From an uncultured Erysipelotrichaceae bacterium (GTDB taxonomy: Bacteria; Bacillota_I; Bacilli_A; RFN20; CAG-826), in contig ONCO01000001.1 of the NCBI GenBank assembly GCA_900316365.1, positions 71,380 through 135,379 of the forward strand: DNA of 64,000 nucleotides, in the 5' to 3' direction. Positions within the stretch are counted from its first letter, which is position 1. Each line of letters begins with the position of its first letter. Positions 8,808-17,303 of the stretch are shown here, piece after piece. Made by a program: the position numbers and the translations under genes. The notes beneath the pieces are model-generated. The model saw only the letters and a list, made by a program, of their open reading frames with translations. It was not told where the DNA came from and did not search any database.

Positions 8808-9887
8808 ATGAAAAAGAAGGGCTTATTGTTAACGCTTATCGCCACCTTCGCCTTATCTGGGTGCTCTTTAAATCCGGGCTATAGCGAGGAGCTTGAAGAC
8901 GTAAGCTCTATCTACCGCGAGAGACGTCATCCCGCCTTTGTGACCCTTGATTATGCGATCAAGAGGACCTTCGGCGAGGATTATTTCGGCGCGGCGTCAA
9001 AAGACTTCAAACTCAAAGCCGGAGTCTATGGCGAAGATAAGGTTCTTAAGAATGGCGGCTACCTCAAAGTCGAACCAGGGGAAGTGGCTTTTAGATCCTC
9101 TGGCTTAGAAGGCGATGCCTCTAGCTTAAAGAGCGCCCTTACGGTCGAGGACGCGAATGTCAGCGTCGAAGAGAAAAACGTCACCGTCAGATTGAGCGAA
9201 GACCCTATCTCTTTAGGTGTCTATTCCGTTGGTCAGGATTGCTATTATGATTTCGGCGATTTGGCTAAGATCGATAAGTTCTCCGAAGAACATGTAAGAG
9301 CAGATTTCCAAAGGAAAATCGTCGGTGCCTATAGCGAATCCTTCGCCTCGATGATCGGCATGATTCCTTTGGCCATCGAAGGCAAGGCGACCTCTTTCTC
9401 GAAGAATATCGAGGAACGTTATAAAGAAGACCCATCCTCCCTCAAGATCAAGGAGAACGATGGCACTTACGAATTAGATTATTCCGTCCCGAGCGCCAGC
9501 GATATTAAGGACCTGCTTTTGGTCTATAACGCCTTCATTTTCTCCACCCCGATGGAGATACCATTAGGGGAAGGGGAGGACGCCCCAAAAATCACCATCA
9601 CCAAGGAGCAGGCCGACCGCTTTGTTAAAGGTCTCTTTGATGGTTTGACAATCAACAAATATGACTGTATTTTGGTCTACAACACCAATGGAATTATCTC
9701 CTTTTCTCTCGATTTGGATTTTTCTTTCAGCGCCGGAACATTCGAGTTGAACATCGAGGAGTTAGAGGAGAAAATCGATGTTCGCAGCCTTGTCTTAGGG
9801 GCTAAGTTCGACATTTTGGATGAAAGCAGGGCGGTTCCAGAGCTTCCTGAACGCCTTGAAGAATTTTCCCCAATTTCTCTGAATTGA
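8808..9887 (+). CDS. Lipoprotein, function unknown
   Basis: MKKKGLLLTLIATFALSGC is a canonical signal peptide plus lipobox (LSGC). 359 aa. Confidence 0.8.
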   Translation: MKKKGLLLTLIATFALSGCSLNPGYSEELEDVSSIYRERRHPAFVTLDYAIKRTFGEDYFGAASKDFKLKAGVYGEDKVLKNGGYLKVEPGEVAFRSSGLEGDASSLKSALTVEDANVSVEEKNVTVRLSEDPISLGVYSVGQDCYYDFGDLAKIDKFSEEHVRADFQRKIVGAYSESFASMIGMIPLAIEGKATSFSKNIEERYKEDPSSLKIKENDGTYELDYSVPSASDIKDLLLVYNAFIFSTPMEIPLGEGEDAPKITITKEQADRFVKGLFDGLTINKYDCILVYNTNGIISFSLDLDFSFSAGTFELNIEELEEKIDVRSLVLGAKFDILDESRAVPELPERLEEFSPISLN

Positions 9888-10045
9888 TTACAAAAAGCAC
9901 TTAAAAAATATCGATTTTTGCTTATAAAAACGCTTTCAGAGCGCAAAATTTCAATTTTTTTGCTATACTAAACTAGTATCACGACCTCGTGCAGAGCCTT
10001 TCCTGACCCTTGTGCAGGATTGTTTCGTGAGCGGAAAGGAGGTAA

Positions 10046-10528
10046 ATGAGCATGTTCGAAATTGACGACTTAATCGACCACAAGCACTCGGGCGTTTGCC
10101 GCGTTTTGGATATCGCCTCTCTATCTTCGGATCCAGACGCGCCTCTCTACTATGTGCTTAAGCCACTTTACGGCGAAGACAAAGGCACCGTTCTCCGTAT
10201 TCCAGTTACCAATACCGTTTCCCTCAGCCCGTTAATCAGCAAAGAAGAAGCGTCGCATTTAGTTGCCAGTTGGCCACACGATGATGACCTTTACGAAGTA
10301 GACGCCAAACGCCGCAAGCAGCGTTACGAATTAGCTATCTCCAGCGGTGACGTCTCCCTCTTCCCGGAACTCCTTGAAGGTATCCGTCAGAAGAAGGCCA
10401 AAGAAGGCCATCTCAATTCCATGGACCAGCAGTTCTTCAATCGCGCCCAGCCGATCATCTATGGCGAAATCGCCACAGCCCTCGGGGTCGCCTTCGAAGA
10501 AGTTGATGCGCTTCTACATAACAACTAA
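10046..10528 (+). CDS. CarD/CdnL-family RNA polymerase-binding transcription factor
   Basis: The N-terminus FEIDDLIDHKHSGVCRVLDI...YYVLKP...LRIPV matches the CarD_CdnL_TRCF pattern. RBS is GGAGG. The ATG at 10052 is an equally good start. Confidence 0.78.
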   Translation: MSMFEIDDLIDHKHSGVCRVLDIASLSSDPDAPLYYVLKPLYGEDKGTVLRIPVTNTVSLSPLISKEEASHLVASWPHDDDLYEVDAKRRKQRYELAISSGDVSLFPELLEGIRQKKAKEGHLNSMDQQFFNRAQPIIYGEIATALGVAFEEVDALLHNN

Positions 10529-10622
10529 GCGAGAGTTATTTCGCTAAGGCCGCTGAGGCCTTTTCTTTTTACCTTATATAAAGAAAAAGGGCACCGAAGT
10601 GCCCTAGAAGTTTCTCGCTTAA

Positions 10623-11090
10623 TTAAGCTTTGAAGGATTTGTATCCGCCATAGAGGCCGAGAAGACCGCCTAAGAAGGCGAGGACGGCGTTGGCGATTGG
10701 AGCTCCACCGAGAGCTAAGTTCTCAGCGTTGGCGCTTAAGGCGTCGGCGTTGGCCGCTTTGTAGAAGCTGACGGAGAAGAGGAAGAGGACGCCAGAGGCG
10801 ATGAGCAAGGCGCTCACGATGCCAAGGGCAAGACCCTGAGCTTTGCCAGCCATGGCAGCGGCGACGATGCCACCGATGATGGCGACGCATTCAAGAACGA
10901 AGGCGACGATAAGGAGTGGAACGGCATTCAAGGTTCCGCCCTGAGCGGCACCGAAGATGACACCGAAGCCATTTCCGCGTTCCGCACCAAAGTCACCATT
11001 GGAGAACATTGGAAGGAAGAGAAGGAAGATTGCGACGGCGGTGAAGATCGTCATTGCGATTCCGATGATAATATTGCTTTTCTGTCTCAT
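10623..11090 (-). CDS. Gly/Ala-rich multi-pass membrane protein, function unknown
   Basis: Four or five hydrophobic helices. Start chosen at ATG 11090 (MRQKSNIIIG...). A GGGCAC-CGAA-GTGCCC hairpin lies downstream at about 10586-10601. Confidence 0.6.
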   Translation of the reverse strand: MRQKSNIIIGIAMTIFTAVAIFLLFLPMFSNGDFGAERGNGFGVIFGAAQGGTLNAVPLLIVAFVLECVAIIGGIVAAAMAGKAQGLALGIVSALLIASGVLFLFSVSFYKAANADALSANAENLALGGAPIANAVLAFLGGLLGLYGGYKSFKA

Positions 11091-11165
11091 AAAAAGTTTA
11101 ACCTCACGCGTTACTATACGCCCACTAAAGTGGGCAAGCAATGAAAGAATAAGCCTATTGGGGCA

Positions 11166-12056
11166 CTATTTCGAGCATTTGTTAGCCAAATTGGTCAATT
11201 CGTTGCTCGTGAAGACGTAATCTTTTTCGCAAAACTCACAATGGGTGGTGGTGGTCGGAGCCTCATTCGCGAGGCGCAAAAGCTCGTCTTTTCCGAGAGT
11301 TAGCAAGGTTTTCTCGCTCTTTTCCTTGCTGCAGGTGCAGAAGAGTGAGATATCCTTCTCACCCATTTTCTTGAAACCTAATGGGCCAAGGACTTTCTCG
11401 GCCAAATGTTCTGGGGTCATCTCTTCCAAGAGGACGTCGGTGACGTTATGTATTTCCGATAAAGATTCCTCAAGGCACTTGATGGTGTCTTCGTTGGCAT
11501 TAGGAAGAAGCTGGATCAAGAATCCGCCTGCAGTCTTGATGGTGCCATCTTTCTCAAAGAGGACGCCCAGGCCACAACCGGTCATGGTCTGCTCACTCTC
11601 GACATAGTAGTAGGCGATATCCTCGGCGATCTCACCGCTATGTAAGGCGATAGAAGAGGAATATGGCTCCTTCATATGAAGGTCTTTGATGACCGTTAAG
11701 GTGCCTTTGCCTAAGGCGCCTCCGACGTTAAGGTGCATCGACGCGTTCGGTGGAAGGTCGACGTAGTTATTGCCGGTATAGCCGCGCACGCCACCCTGGC
11801 TATTGGCCTGAGCGACGACGGAATGAAGCGGGCCATCGCCTCTGAATTCGAGGGTGATGGTGTCTTTCTCTCCTTTTAACGTAGCGGCCATAAGCAAAGC
11901 CCCGCTTAAGGACCTGCCTAATGCCGCGGCTGGGATTGGGCTAAGGTTATGGGCCTTCATGGCCTCTTGGACTAAATCTTTGCTAGTTAAGGCGAAGCAG
12001 AGGACTTCTTCGTTGACCGAAGTTCCGCGCACCATGTAATCGTGATACTTTTTCAT
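11166..12056 (-). CDS. hslO: Hsp33 redox-regulated chaperone
   Basis: C-terminal zinc centre CTCS...CEFC and an overall Hsp33 pattern. Start chosen at ATG 12056 (MKKYHDY), which avoids overlap with the upstream MFS gene. Confidence 0.9.
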   Translation of the reverse strand: MKKYHDYMVRGTSVNEEVLCFALTSKDLVQEAMKAHNLSPIPAAALGRSLSGALLMAATLKGEKDTITLEFRGDGPLHSVVAQANSQGGVRGYTGNNYVDLPPNASMHLNVGGALGKGTLTVIKDLHMKEPYSSSIALHSGEIAEDIAYYYVESEQTMTGCGLGVLFEKDGTIKTAGGFLIQLLPNANEDTIKCLEESLSEIHNVTDVLLEEMTPEHLAEKVLGPLGFKKMGEKDISLFCTCSKEKSEKTLLTLGKDELLRLANEAPTTTTHCEFCEKDYVFTSNELTNLANKCSK

Positions 12057-12066
12057 GGCGCTAACT

Positions 12067-13428
12067 TTATTGCTTTGGTTCTTCTTTATCAATATTTTCG
12101 ACCGCCTTTTTGCGTTTTTTATCTTTGATAATGAGCCAAATGGTCGGGAGGATGGCCAATAAGGCCGCGCCCATGGTGACTAAGAACATATTCCTGTCAG
12201 GGACTTTGGCCATTTCGCCATATTCATTCAAGGCGGAAGTTTGGAAGCTCCATTGCGATAAGGTGGAGCCAACAGTCATCGGGATAAGGACCGCGCCGAC
12301 CATACGAACGCCCTGGAATAAGCCAACGCCTTCTTTCGGGGTTTCGTCTCTGATCTGCGCGCCTAAGACCGCGGTGCCAAGCAAATAGCCAGACATCATT
12401 AAGGTCGCGGAGAGGATTACAAGTGGGTAGATCTTCAATAAGAAGAGCATCAACGAGCCAATGGCTAATACAAGTAAGGCCGGAATGGCAATCCTAAGCT
12501 TGCCGATGCGGTCCATGAAGAAACCAAGTACGACAGTTACGGCAGAGGAGATTAATAGGATTAAGGCCATCGCTAGATAGAAGGCTCCGCCATCAAGCTC
12601 TAAGCCAGTCTGGAAATAGACGAGGTAATAAGGCATCCAGGAGTCGCAGGCGATATTGAAGAACATGAAGGCCAATAAGGCGATATAGAAGAGAGGGTTC
12701 TTTTTAATGACGGAAGGACGGAAACCATAGATAAGGTTCTGGAGGTATGGCTCCTTGTTCGGCTCAAGCTCATCTTTAGGAAGCAAGAAGATGGAGACAA
12801 CGCCGATGAGGGTGACGAAAACGCCCATGGAGAGGAAGAAATAGAGCCACGGGGTCGCTATTTTCTCCGCGGAAACCCCGGCTTCGCCAGGGATTCCAAA
12901 GACCATGCCGGCCCCGAGCATCAAGGCGGTGCCGAATAAAGGAAGGACGCTGAGGACGCTTTCGACCTTAGGTCGATTGTGGGTATTTGTCGTATCGGTG
13001 ATATAGGCGTTGAAGCAGGCATCATTCGCGGTGCTGCCGAAGAAGGTCATGACCGAGTCGACGATGGTATTCATCAAACCGACGAGGAATAACGTATTCG
13101 CGGCGGGGAAGAGGAACTTCATATTGCCATAGCTCATAAGGCCGAACATGAAGACCGTGACGCCCCAGATGATGTAGCCGCCGGATATAAAGATCTTACG
13201 TTTGCCAAGCCTATCGCTTAAGGCGCCCATAAAGAAAGTGGTTAGGGTGGCGATGATCGAGCTTGCGACCGTCATCCAGTGGATGTAGGTCGAGTCGCCG
13301 GTTTGGCTATAGACCCAAAGATTGATGTATTGGTTCTCAATCGCCCACGCCAATTGGCCGGCTAAGCCAATCAAAATGGCAGCTAGCCATTTCTTCGCCC
13401 CGTAACGGGAGGATATTTGTTCGTCCAT
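12067..13428 (-). CDS. MFS transporter (substrate unknown)
   Basis: 453 aa with about 12 hydrophobic helices and an MFS loop motif, LSDRLGKRK. Confidence 0.8.
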   Translation of the reverse strand: MDEQISSRYGAKKWLAAILIGLAGQLAWAIENQYINLWVYSQTGDSTYIHWMTVASSIIATLTTFFMGALSDRLGKRKIFISGGYIIWGVTVFMFGLMSYGNMKFLFPAANTLFLVGLMNTIVDSVMTFFGSTANDACFNAYITDTTNTHNRPKVESVLSVLPLFGTALMLGAGMVFGIPGEAGVSAEKIATPWLYFFLSMGVFVTLIGVVSIFLLPKDELEPNKEPYLQNLIYGFRPSVIKKNPLFYIALLAFMFFNIACDSWMPYYLVYFQTGLELDGGAFYLAMALILLISSAVTVVLGFFMDRIGKLRIAIPALLVLAIGSLMLFLLKIYPLVILSATLMMSGYLLGTAVLGAQIRDETPKEGVGLFQGVRMVGAVLIPMTVGSTLSQWSFQTSALNEYGEMAKVPDRNMFLVTMGAALLAILPTIWLIIKDKKRKKAVENIDKEEPKQ

Positions 13429-13498
13429 TATAGAACTCCTGTATATTCAGTTGCTTATCATGATACCCCATCTAGCGAGAGGCGGTTACACTATTAAT

Positions 13499-14332
13499 AT
13501 GTTCACTGTCTACTTCAACGAAACCCTAACTGCCTCTGATCCCTTGTGGTGGGGCAACTGGTTATTTGTCATGTCCATCCTCTTCTTTATGGGTGGCACG
13601 GCTGGTTGGATATTGGAATTATTCTTCCGCCGCTTCGTGTCGCAGAAACACTGGGTCAACCCTGGCTTCCTTGTTGGCCCGATTGTCCCGCTTTATGGTT
13701 TCGGCAACGTCATATTGTTTATCTTCTCCTCTTTGCCGTGGGCAAATTGGATCCCGAATGCCCCGTTAAGATACATCACGGTCATCCTCGTCTTGACCTT
13801 GGCGATGACCTTAATCGAATACATTGCCGGCTTAATCTTCATCAAAGGCCTCAAGATCAAGCTTTGGGATTACTCGAATAGATGGGGTAATATCCAAGGC
13901 ATCATTTGCCCGATTTTCTCTCTTGCCTGGGGCGCTTTGGGAGCGGGTTATTTCTTCTTCCTTTATCCGCCTCTTCTTAAGCTCATGGGCATTCTCTTCG
14001 AATGCATATATCCATATTTATTTACGTTAGGCCTCCTCTATGGTGTTCTTGCCGTTGACGTTGGCTATTCCTTCCATATCGTCGCCAAGGTCAAGAAGGT
14101 CATCTCCGACGCCAAATTGGTCGTCGATTGGGACCGTATCAAGATGTCTTTCTCCGAGCATCATAAGAAATTAAAAGAAAGGGCTCCTTGGCTTTTCGCC
14201 TTCGCCGCGGAGACGGAGGAATTTAAGAAAATGCTCGTGGAATATAAGGAGAATCTCGTCAAAGAAATATCCGCCAAACTTGCGTCCCGTCGCTCGAAGA
14301 AGCACAATAAAGACACAAAGGACACACAATGA
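13499..14332 (+). CDS. Membrane protein of the putative 'ABC-transporter type IV' (DUF1113-like) family
   Basis: GGTAGWILELFFRRF...WVNPGFLVGPIVPLYGFG resembles that family from memory. Start chosen at ATG 13499, which is preceded by TACACT-N6. Confidence 0.6.
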   Translation: MFTVYFNETLTASDPLWWGNWLFVMSILFFMGGTAGWILELFFRRFVSQKHWVNPGFLVGPIVPLYGFGNVILFIFSSLPWANWIPNAPLRYITVILVLTLAMTLIEYIAGLIFIKGLKIKLWDYSNRWGNIQGIICPIFSLAWGALGAGYFFFLYPPLLKLMGILFECIYPYLFTLGLLYGVLAVDVGYSFHIVAKVKKVISDAKLVVDWDRIKMSFSEHHKKLKERAPWLFAFAAETEEFKKMLVEYKENLVKEISAKLASRRSKKHNKDTKDTQ

Positions 14333-15006
14333 TATTCCCGAATGCACCTTTTCCCGTCGTCGCGACCATCTTCTTTTACTTATTTGTTTTAAGCTGCGTG
14401 GTCGAACTCGTCTTCGCTTTCCTCGAGAAAGAGAAATGGAGGGTCTTGGTTAAACCGACCTCGATGTTCTTCTTGGGGCTTATGGCCATCTTCGCCACGT
14501 TTAAGGTCGACTATATCCTTTTATATGTCGCCATCTTCTGCGGCATGATCGGCGATATTCTCTTGGCCTTAAAGCATCATGGCGATATGCCTTTCGTCAT
14601 TGGGGCCGTCTTTTTCCTCGCCGGACACATCTGCTATATCACCAGGATGATGCTCTTCATCCCGAGCGGTAACTTGTCCTGGGTCTGGGTTTTGATTCTT
14701 TGCCCGATTTTCTATTGCGTATTGCTCTATCCTTGCAAACGCATGGTCGGCAAATGGGCCTTGGTCATCCCTGGCACTTTCTACTTAAGCACCCTTCTTT
14801 CCGATATCGTCGCGGGCGTGGTTCTTCTTGCGAATGGACATCTCTCCGCGATTATGGTCATCATCGGCGGCCTTTCCTTCTTCGCCAGCGACATCTATTT
14901 GTCCAAGACCCAATTCGTCAAGCACGACAAAAGAGAGGACTTCTATATCATGGCCACCTATTTATTGGGCCAAGTCCTCATCGTTATGGGTATCCTCTTT
15001 ATTTGA
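14329..15006 (+). CDS. YhhN-family membrane protein (lysoplasmalogenase-like)
   Basis: 225 aa, about 7 TM helices, conserved GDILLA motif. It has an ATGA 4-nt overlap with the upstream gene. Confidence 0.65.
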   Translation: MIFPNAPFPVVATIFFYLFVLSCVVELVFAFLEKEKWRVLVKPTSMFFLGLMAIFATFKVDYILLYVAIFCGMIGDILLALKHHGDMPFVIGAVFFLAGHICYITRMMLFIPSGNLSWVWVLILCPIFYCVLLYPCKRMVGKWALVIPGTFYLSTLLSDIVAGVVLLANGHLSAIMVIIGGLSFFASDIYLSKTQFVKHDKREDFYIMATYLLGQVLIVMGILFI

Positions 15007-15592
15007 TAGCTAAATAGACCAATAACTTCTGCAAGGCCTTGCCGCGGTGCGAGACCTTGTTTTTTATTTCGTCGGAGGCTAGTCCCATATCGAGGTTAAG
15101 TTCCTCGCTGTGGAAGAAAGGATCATAGCCAAAGCCATGGTCGCCGCTCCAAGAGGGGAGAAGAGTGCCTTTGAAGTCGCCTTCAAAATATAAAGGTTTG
15201 GCGTCTTCCTTTTCCAATAAGCAAATGCAGCAGTGGAATTTGGCGTTCCTATTCGGGTTATCGCCAAGCTTCTCATTAAGGGCTAAACCGGCCTTATGGT
15301 AATCTCCGCCATATTCATCGGCGAAGCGGGAGCTATATAGCCCTGGGAAACCATCTAATCCTTCGACTTCGAAGCCTGAGTCATCCGCGATGACGGGGCG
15401 GTGGACGAGCTTAGATAAGGCCAAAGCCTTGATGTAGCTGTTCTCGCGGTAATTTTTGCCGTTTTCCTCAGGATTGGATTCGACGCATAAATCACGAGGG
15501 GTCAAAACCATGTATCCGATCGGATTAAGCATCTCGAGATATTCTTTTTGTTTGCCGCGGTTATTGGTGGCGATGACGATTTCTTTGTTCAT
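14999..15592 (-). CDS. rdgB: Non-canonical purine NTP pyrophosphatase (Ham1/RdgB)
   Basis: IVIATNNRGKQKEY, DDSGFEV and GFGYDPFF motifs. Confidence 0.9.
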   Translation of the reverse strand: MNKEIVIATNNRGKQKEYLEMLNPIGYMVLTPRDLCVESNPEENGKNYRENSYIKALALSKLVHRPVIADDSGFEVEGLDGFPGLYSSRFADEYGGDYHKAGLALNEKLGDNPNRNAKFHCCICLLEKEDAKPLYFEGDFKGTLLPSWSGDHGFGYDPFFHSEELNLDMGLASDEIKNKVSHRGKALQKLLVYLAIK

Positions 15593-15601
15593 GGTTAACT
15601 C

Positions 15602-15820
15602 CTACTTACCTTCATCCTCCTTTTCTTCTTTCTTGGTCAAATAGGCCCCAATGGAGATAAGGACGATCCAATAGGCGGCGAAGACATAGAAAGGGATGCA
15701 GACAATCCACCAATCCCATTTCAGGAGATTAGGAATCTTAAGAGCGACGAAAATGACGCCTAAAAGGAAAATGGAGGCGCTGACGATATGGTTCTTAATA
15801 AAGGTCCACATTTTTGCCAT
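15602..15820 (-). CDS. Small two-TM membrane protein
   Basis: Two hydrophobic helices and an acidic/basic tail. An ATG start at 15820 is preferred over the TTG at 15838. Confidence 0.5.
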   Translation of the reverse strand: MAKMWTFIKNHIVSASIFLLGVIFVALKIPNLLKWDWWIVCIPFYVFAAYWIVLISIGAYLTKKEEKEDEGK

Positions 15821-15848
15821 AGGCAAATTATAAAACAACCAATTTTAG

Positions 15849-15983
15849 TTAGTGTAGATTGCTTTCGGCTGGTTTCTGGAAAGCCGGGGTGTTCAGGTAG
15901 GAGAAATCGATTTCCCTTTTCTCCTCTTCATCGCAGCAATCATCGCCTTCGCAGTACTCGAAGACCGGTTTATTTGATTCCAT
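15849..15983 (-). CDS. Candidate 44-aa acidic Cys-containing small protein (MESNKPVFEYCEGDDCCDEEEKREIDFSYLNTPAFQKPAESNLH)
   Basis: Not in the ORF track because it is under 60 aa. GGAG lies 8-9 nt upstream of the ATG, and a TATAAT lies on the minus strand at about 16043-16048. It would be the first cistron of the small-membrane-protein/rdgB transcript. Confidence 0.25.
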   Translation of the reverse strand: MESNKPVFEYCEGDDCCDEEEKREIDFSYLNTPAFQKPAESNLH

Positions 15984-16404
15984 GGCTATTAGCTCCAACT
16001 TAGGCTAGATTACTCCGGCGATAGTCTTTGAAAAAATGATTATAATGCGTTTCGAAAAAGGGCTATTGATAGAAAATGGATTCTTTATTTCAAATGCCAT
16101 CTTTTTAATTATTTGGCGACTCTCTTTTTGCGGCCTTGGAAGATATAGATATTCAGGAGTACCAAAGATAAGAGGATCAGGATATGCAAGACGATGTGAT
16201 AGAGGTCATGGTAATTGTTGCCTTAATTAAACGGTTGAGCATTTTCGGCTAATTATTCTCGCCTTTCGTCTAGGCGCATAGTTATCTATATTTAATTGAC
16301 TAAAAAGTCCTATCGGTTAGAGTGGTCGCGATTGTTAAATAATGTTGGTCCAAATATGGACCATTCGCGAAAGCGAATCGCTCTAAATTGATGGAGGTGC
16401 AGAT

Positions 16405-17076
16405 ATGAAAATGCGTCGTTGCCAATATTGCGGTTCCGAAATCGATCCGAAAGACATCACTTGCCCTTTCTGCGGCGGCCATGTCGGCGCCGAAGAAGCG
16501 GCGCCATCTGAATCGAAGGCCCCATCGGTTTCTAGCGTTAATACGATCCGCGACAGCGCAAGTTGGCTTCCGGAATGGCGGAGGAAAGTCGTGGTCGGAA
16601 AGCTTTCGTTGGCCCTCTTCGTGCTTGCTATTATGATGATTCCTTGCATTCCTCTATTCGGACTTCTTCAAACGGAGCCGACCAAGGAAGTATGCGAATA
16701 TAGTTTCAATTTTGCGCCTTTCGGTAGCGTCAATAGGGATAAAACATGTTCCATCCAACCGAACCCTGAATTTGCGGCGAGTTTGACCATGGTCATTTTC
16801 CTTTTCGTCTTATTTGCCTTCCTTGTTTTCTTCTTCACTTTCGCCGTGAAGCTTGAGGTAAAGAAGATTGGCGGTTCGACCGTCGCGGTGTATAGGGGCC
16901 CATTAAAATATCAGCTGATAATCGATGGCGAAATCGCCGATTCGATTGGGCCGCTCTATTTTAGGAGAAATATTATGCTTACCGGCAAGGTCGCTACCGG
17001 AGAAAAGATAACCGCCTGCATTCCGTACACTTTCTTCTTCAAGACTGATTTCATTCTTGGCGGAGAACAACTATAA
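16405..17076 (+). CDS. Zinc-ribbon membrane protein, function unknown
   Basis: N-terminal CQYCG...CPFCG zinc ribbon, two TM helices, and a C-terminal small beta-rich domain. RBS is GGAGG. Confidence 0.7.
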   Translation: MKMRRCQYCGSEIDPKDITCPFCGGHVGAEEAAPSESKAPSVSSVNTIRDSASWLPEWRRKVVVGKLSLALFVLAIMMIPCIPLFGLLQTEPTKEVCEYSFNFAPFGSVNRDKTCSIQPNPEFAASLTMVIFLFVLFAFLVFFFTFAVKLEVKKIGGSTVAVYRGPLKYQLIIDGEIADSIGPLYFRRNIMLTGKVATGEKITACIPYTFFFKTDFILGGEQL

Positions 17077-17117
17077 GGACGTTTGCCCATCAACATAAAT
17101 ACGAATCGTTTGGGTCG

Positions 17118-17144
17118 GACCCTCTTTGCTGGAGGGTCTTTTTT
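17118..17144 (+). terminator. Rho-independent terminator
   Basis: GACCCTC-TTTGCTG-GAGGGTC followed by TTTTTT. Confidence 0.7.
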
Positions 17145-17303
17145 CGAGAGTCAGAAGTTTAAAGGATTCCTCAAAAACATATAGCCAATTGGGTTTGTAT
17201 TTGCGCCCCTTTGAGGCTGAATGCCCAAGCGACTTAAATTATTTATCCATAAACACGGCAAATGTTTTAAAAATGTGGCATTATTTATCTATAGTTTTCG
17301 ACC

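Noticed and set aside
9888-10045. Possible regulatory RNA in the roughly 80-nt CarD leader (repeated GTGCAG, CACGA-CC-TCGTG).
   Set aside because: The only pairings are very short, or have sterically impossible 2-nt loops. Nothing rises above chance for a region of this GC content.
15788-16230. Track ORFs 15788-16003 (+) and 16036-16230 (+) in the large spacer, plus a 22-aa ORF at about 16185.
   Set aside because: They have no RBS. Their composition is Arg/Cys/Gly-rich or Phe/Ile-rich junk, and the first overlaps the better-supported minus-strand small ORF and the 78-aa gene start.
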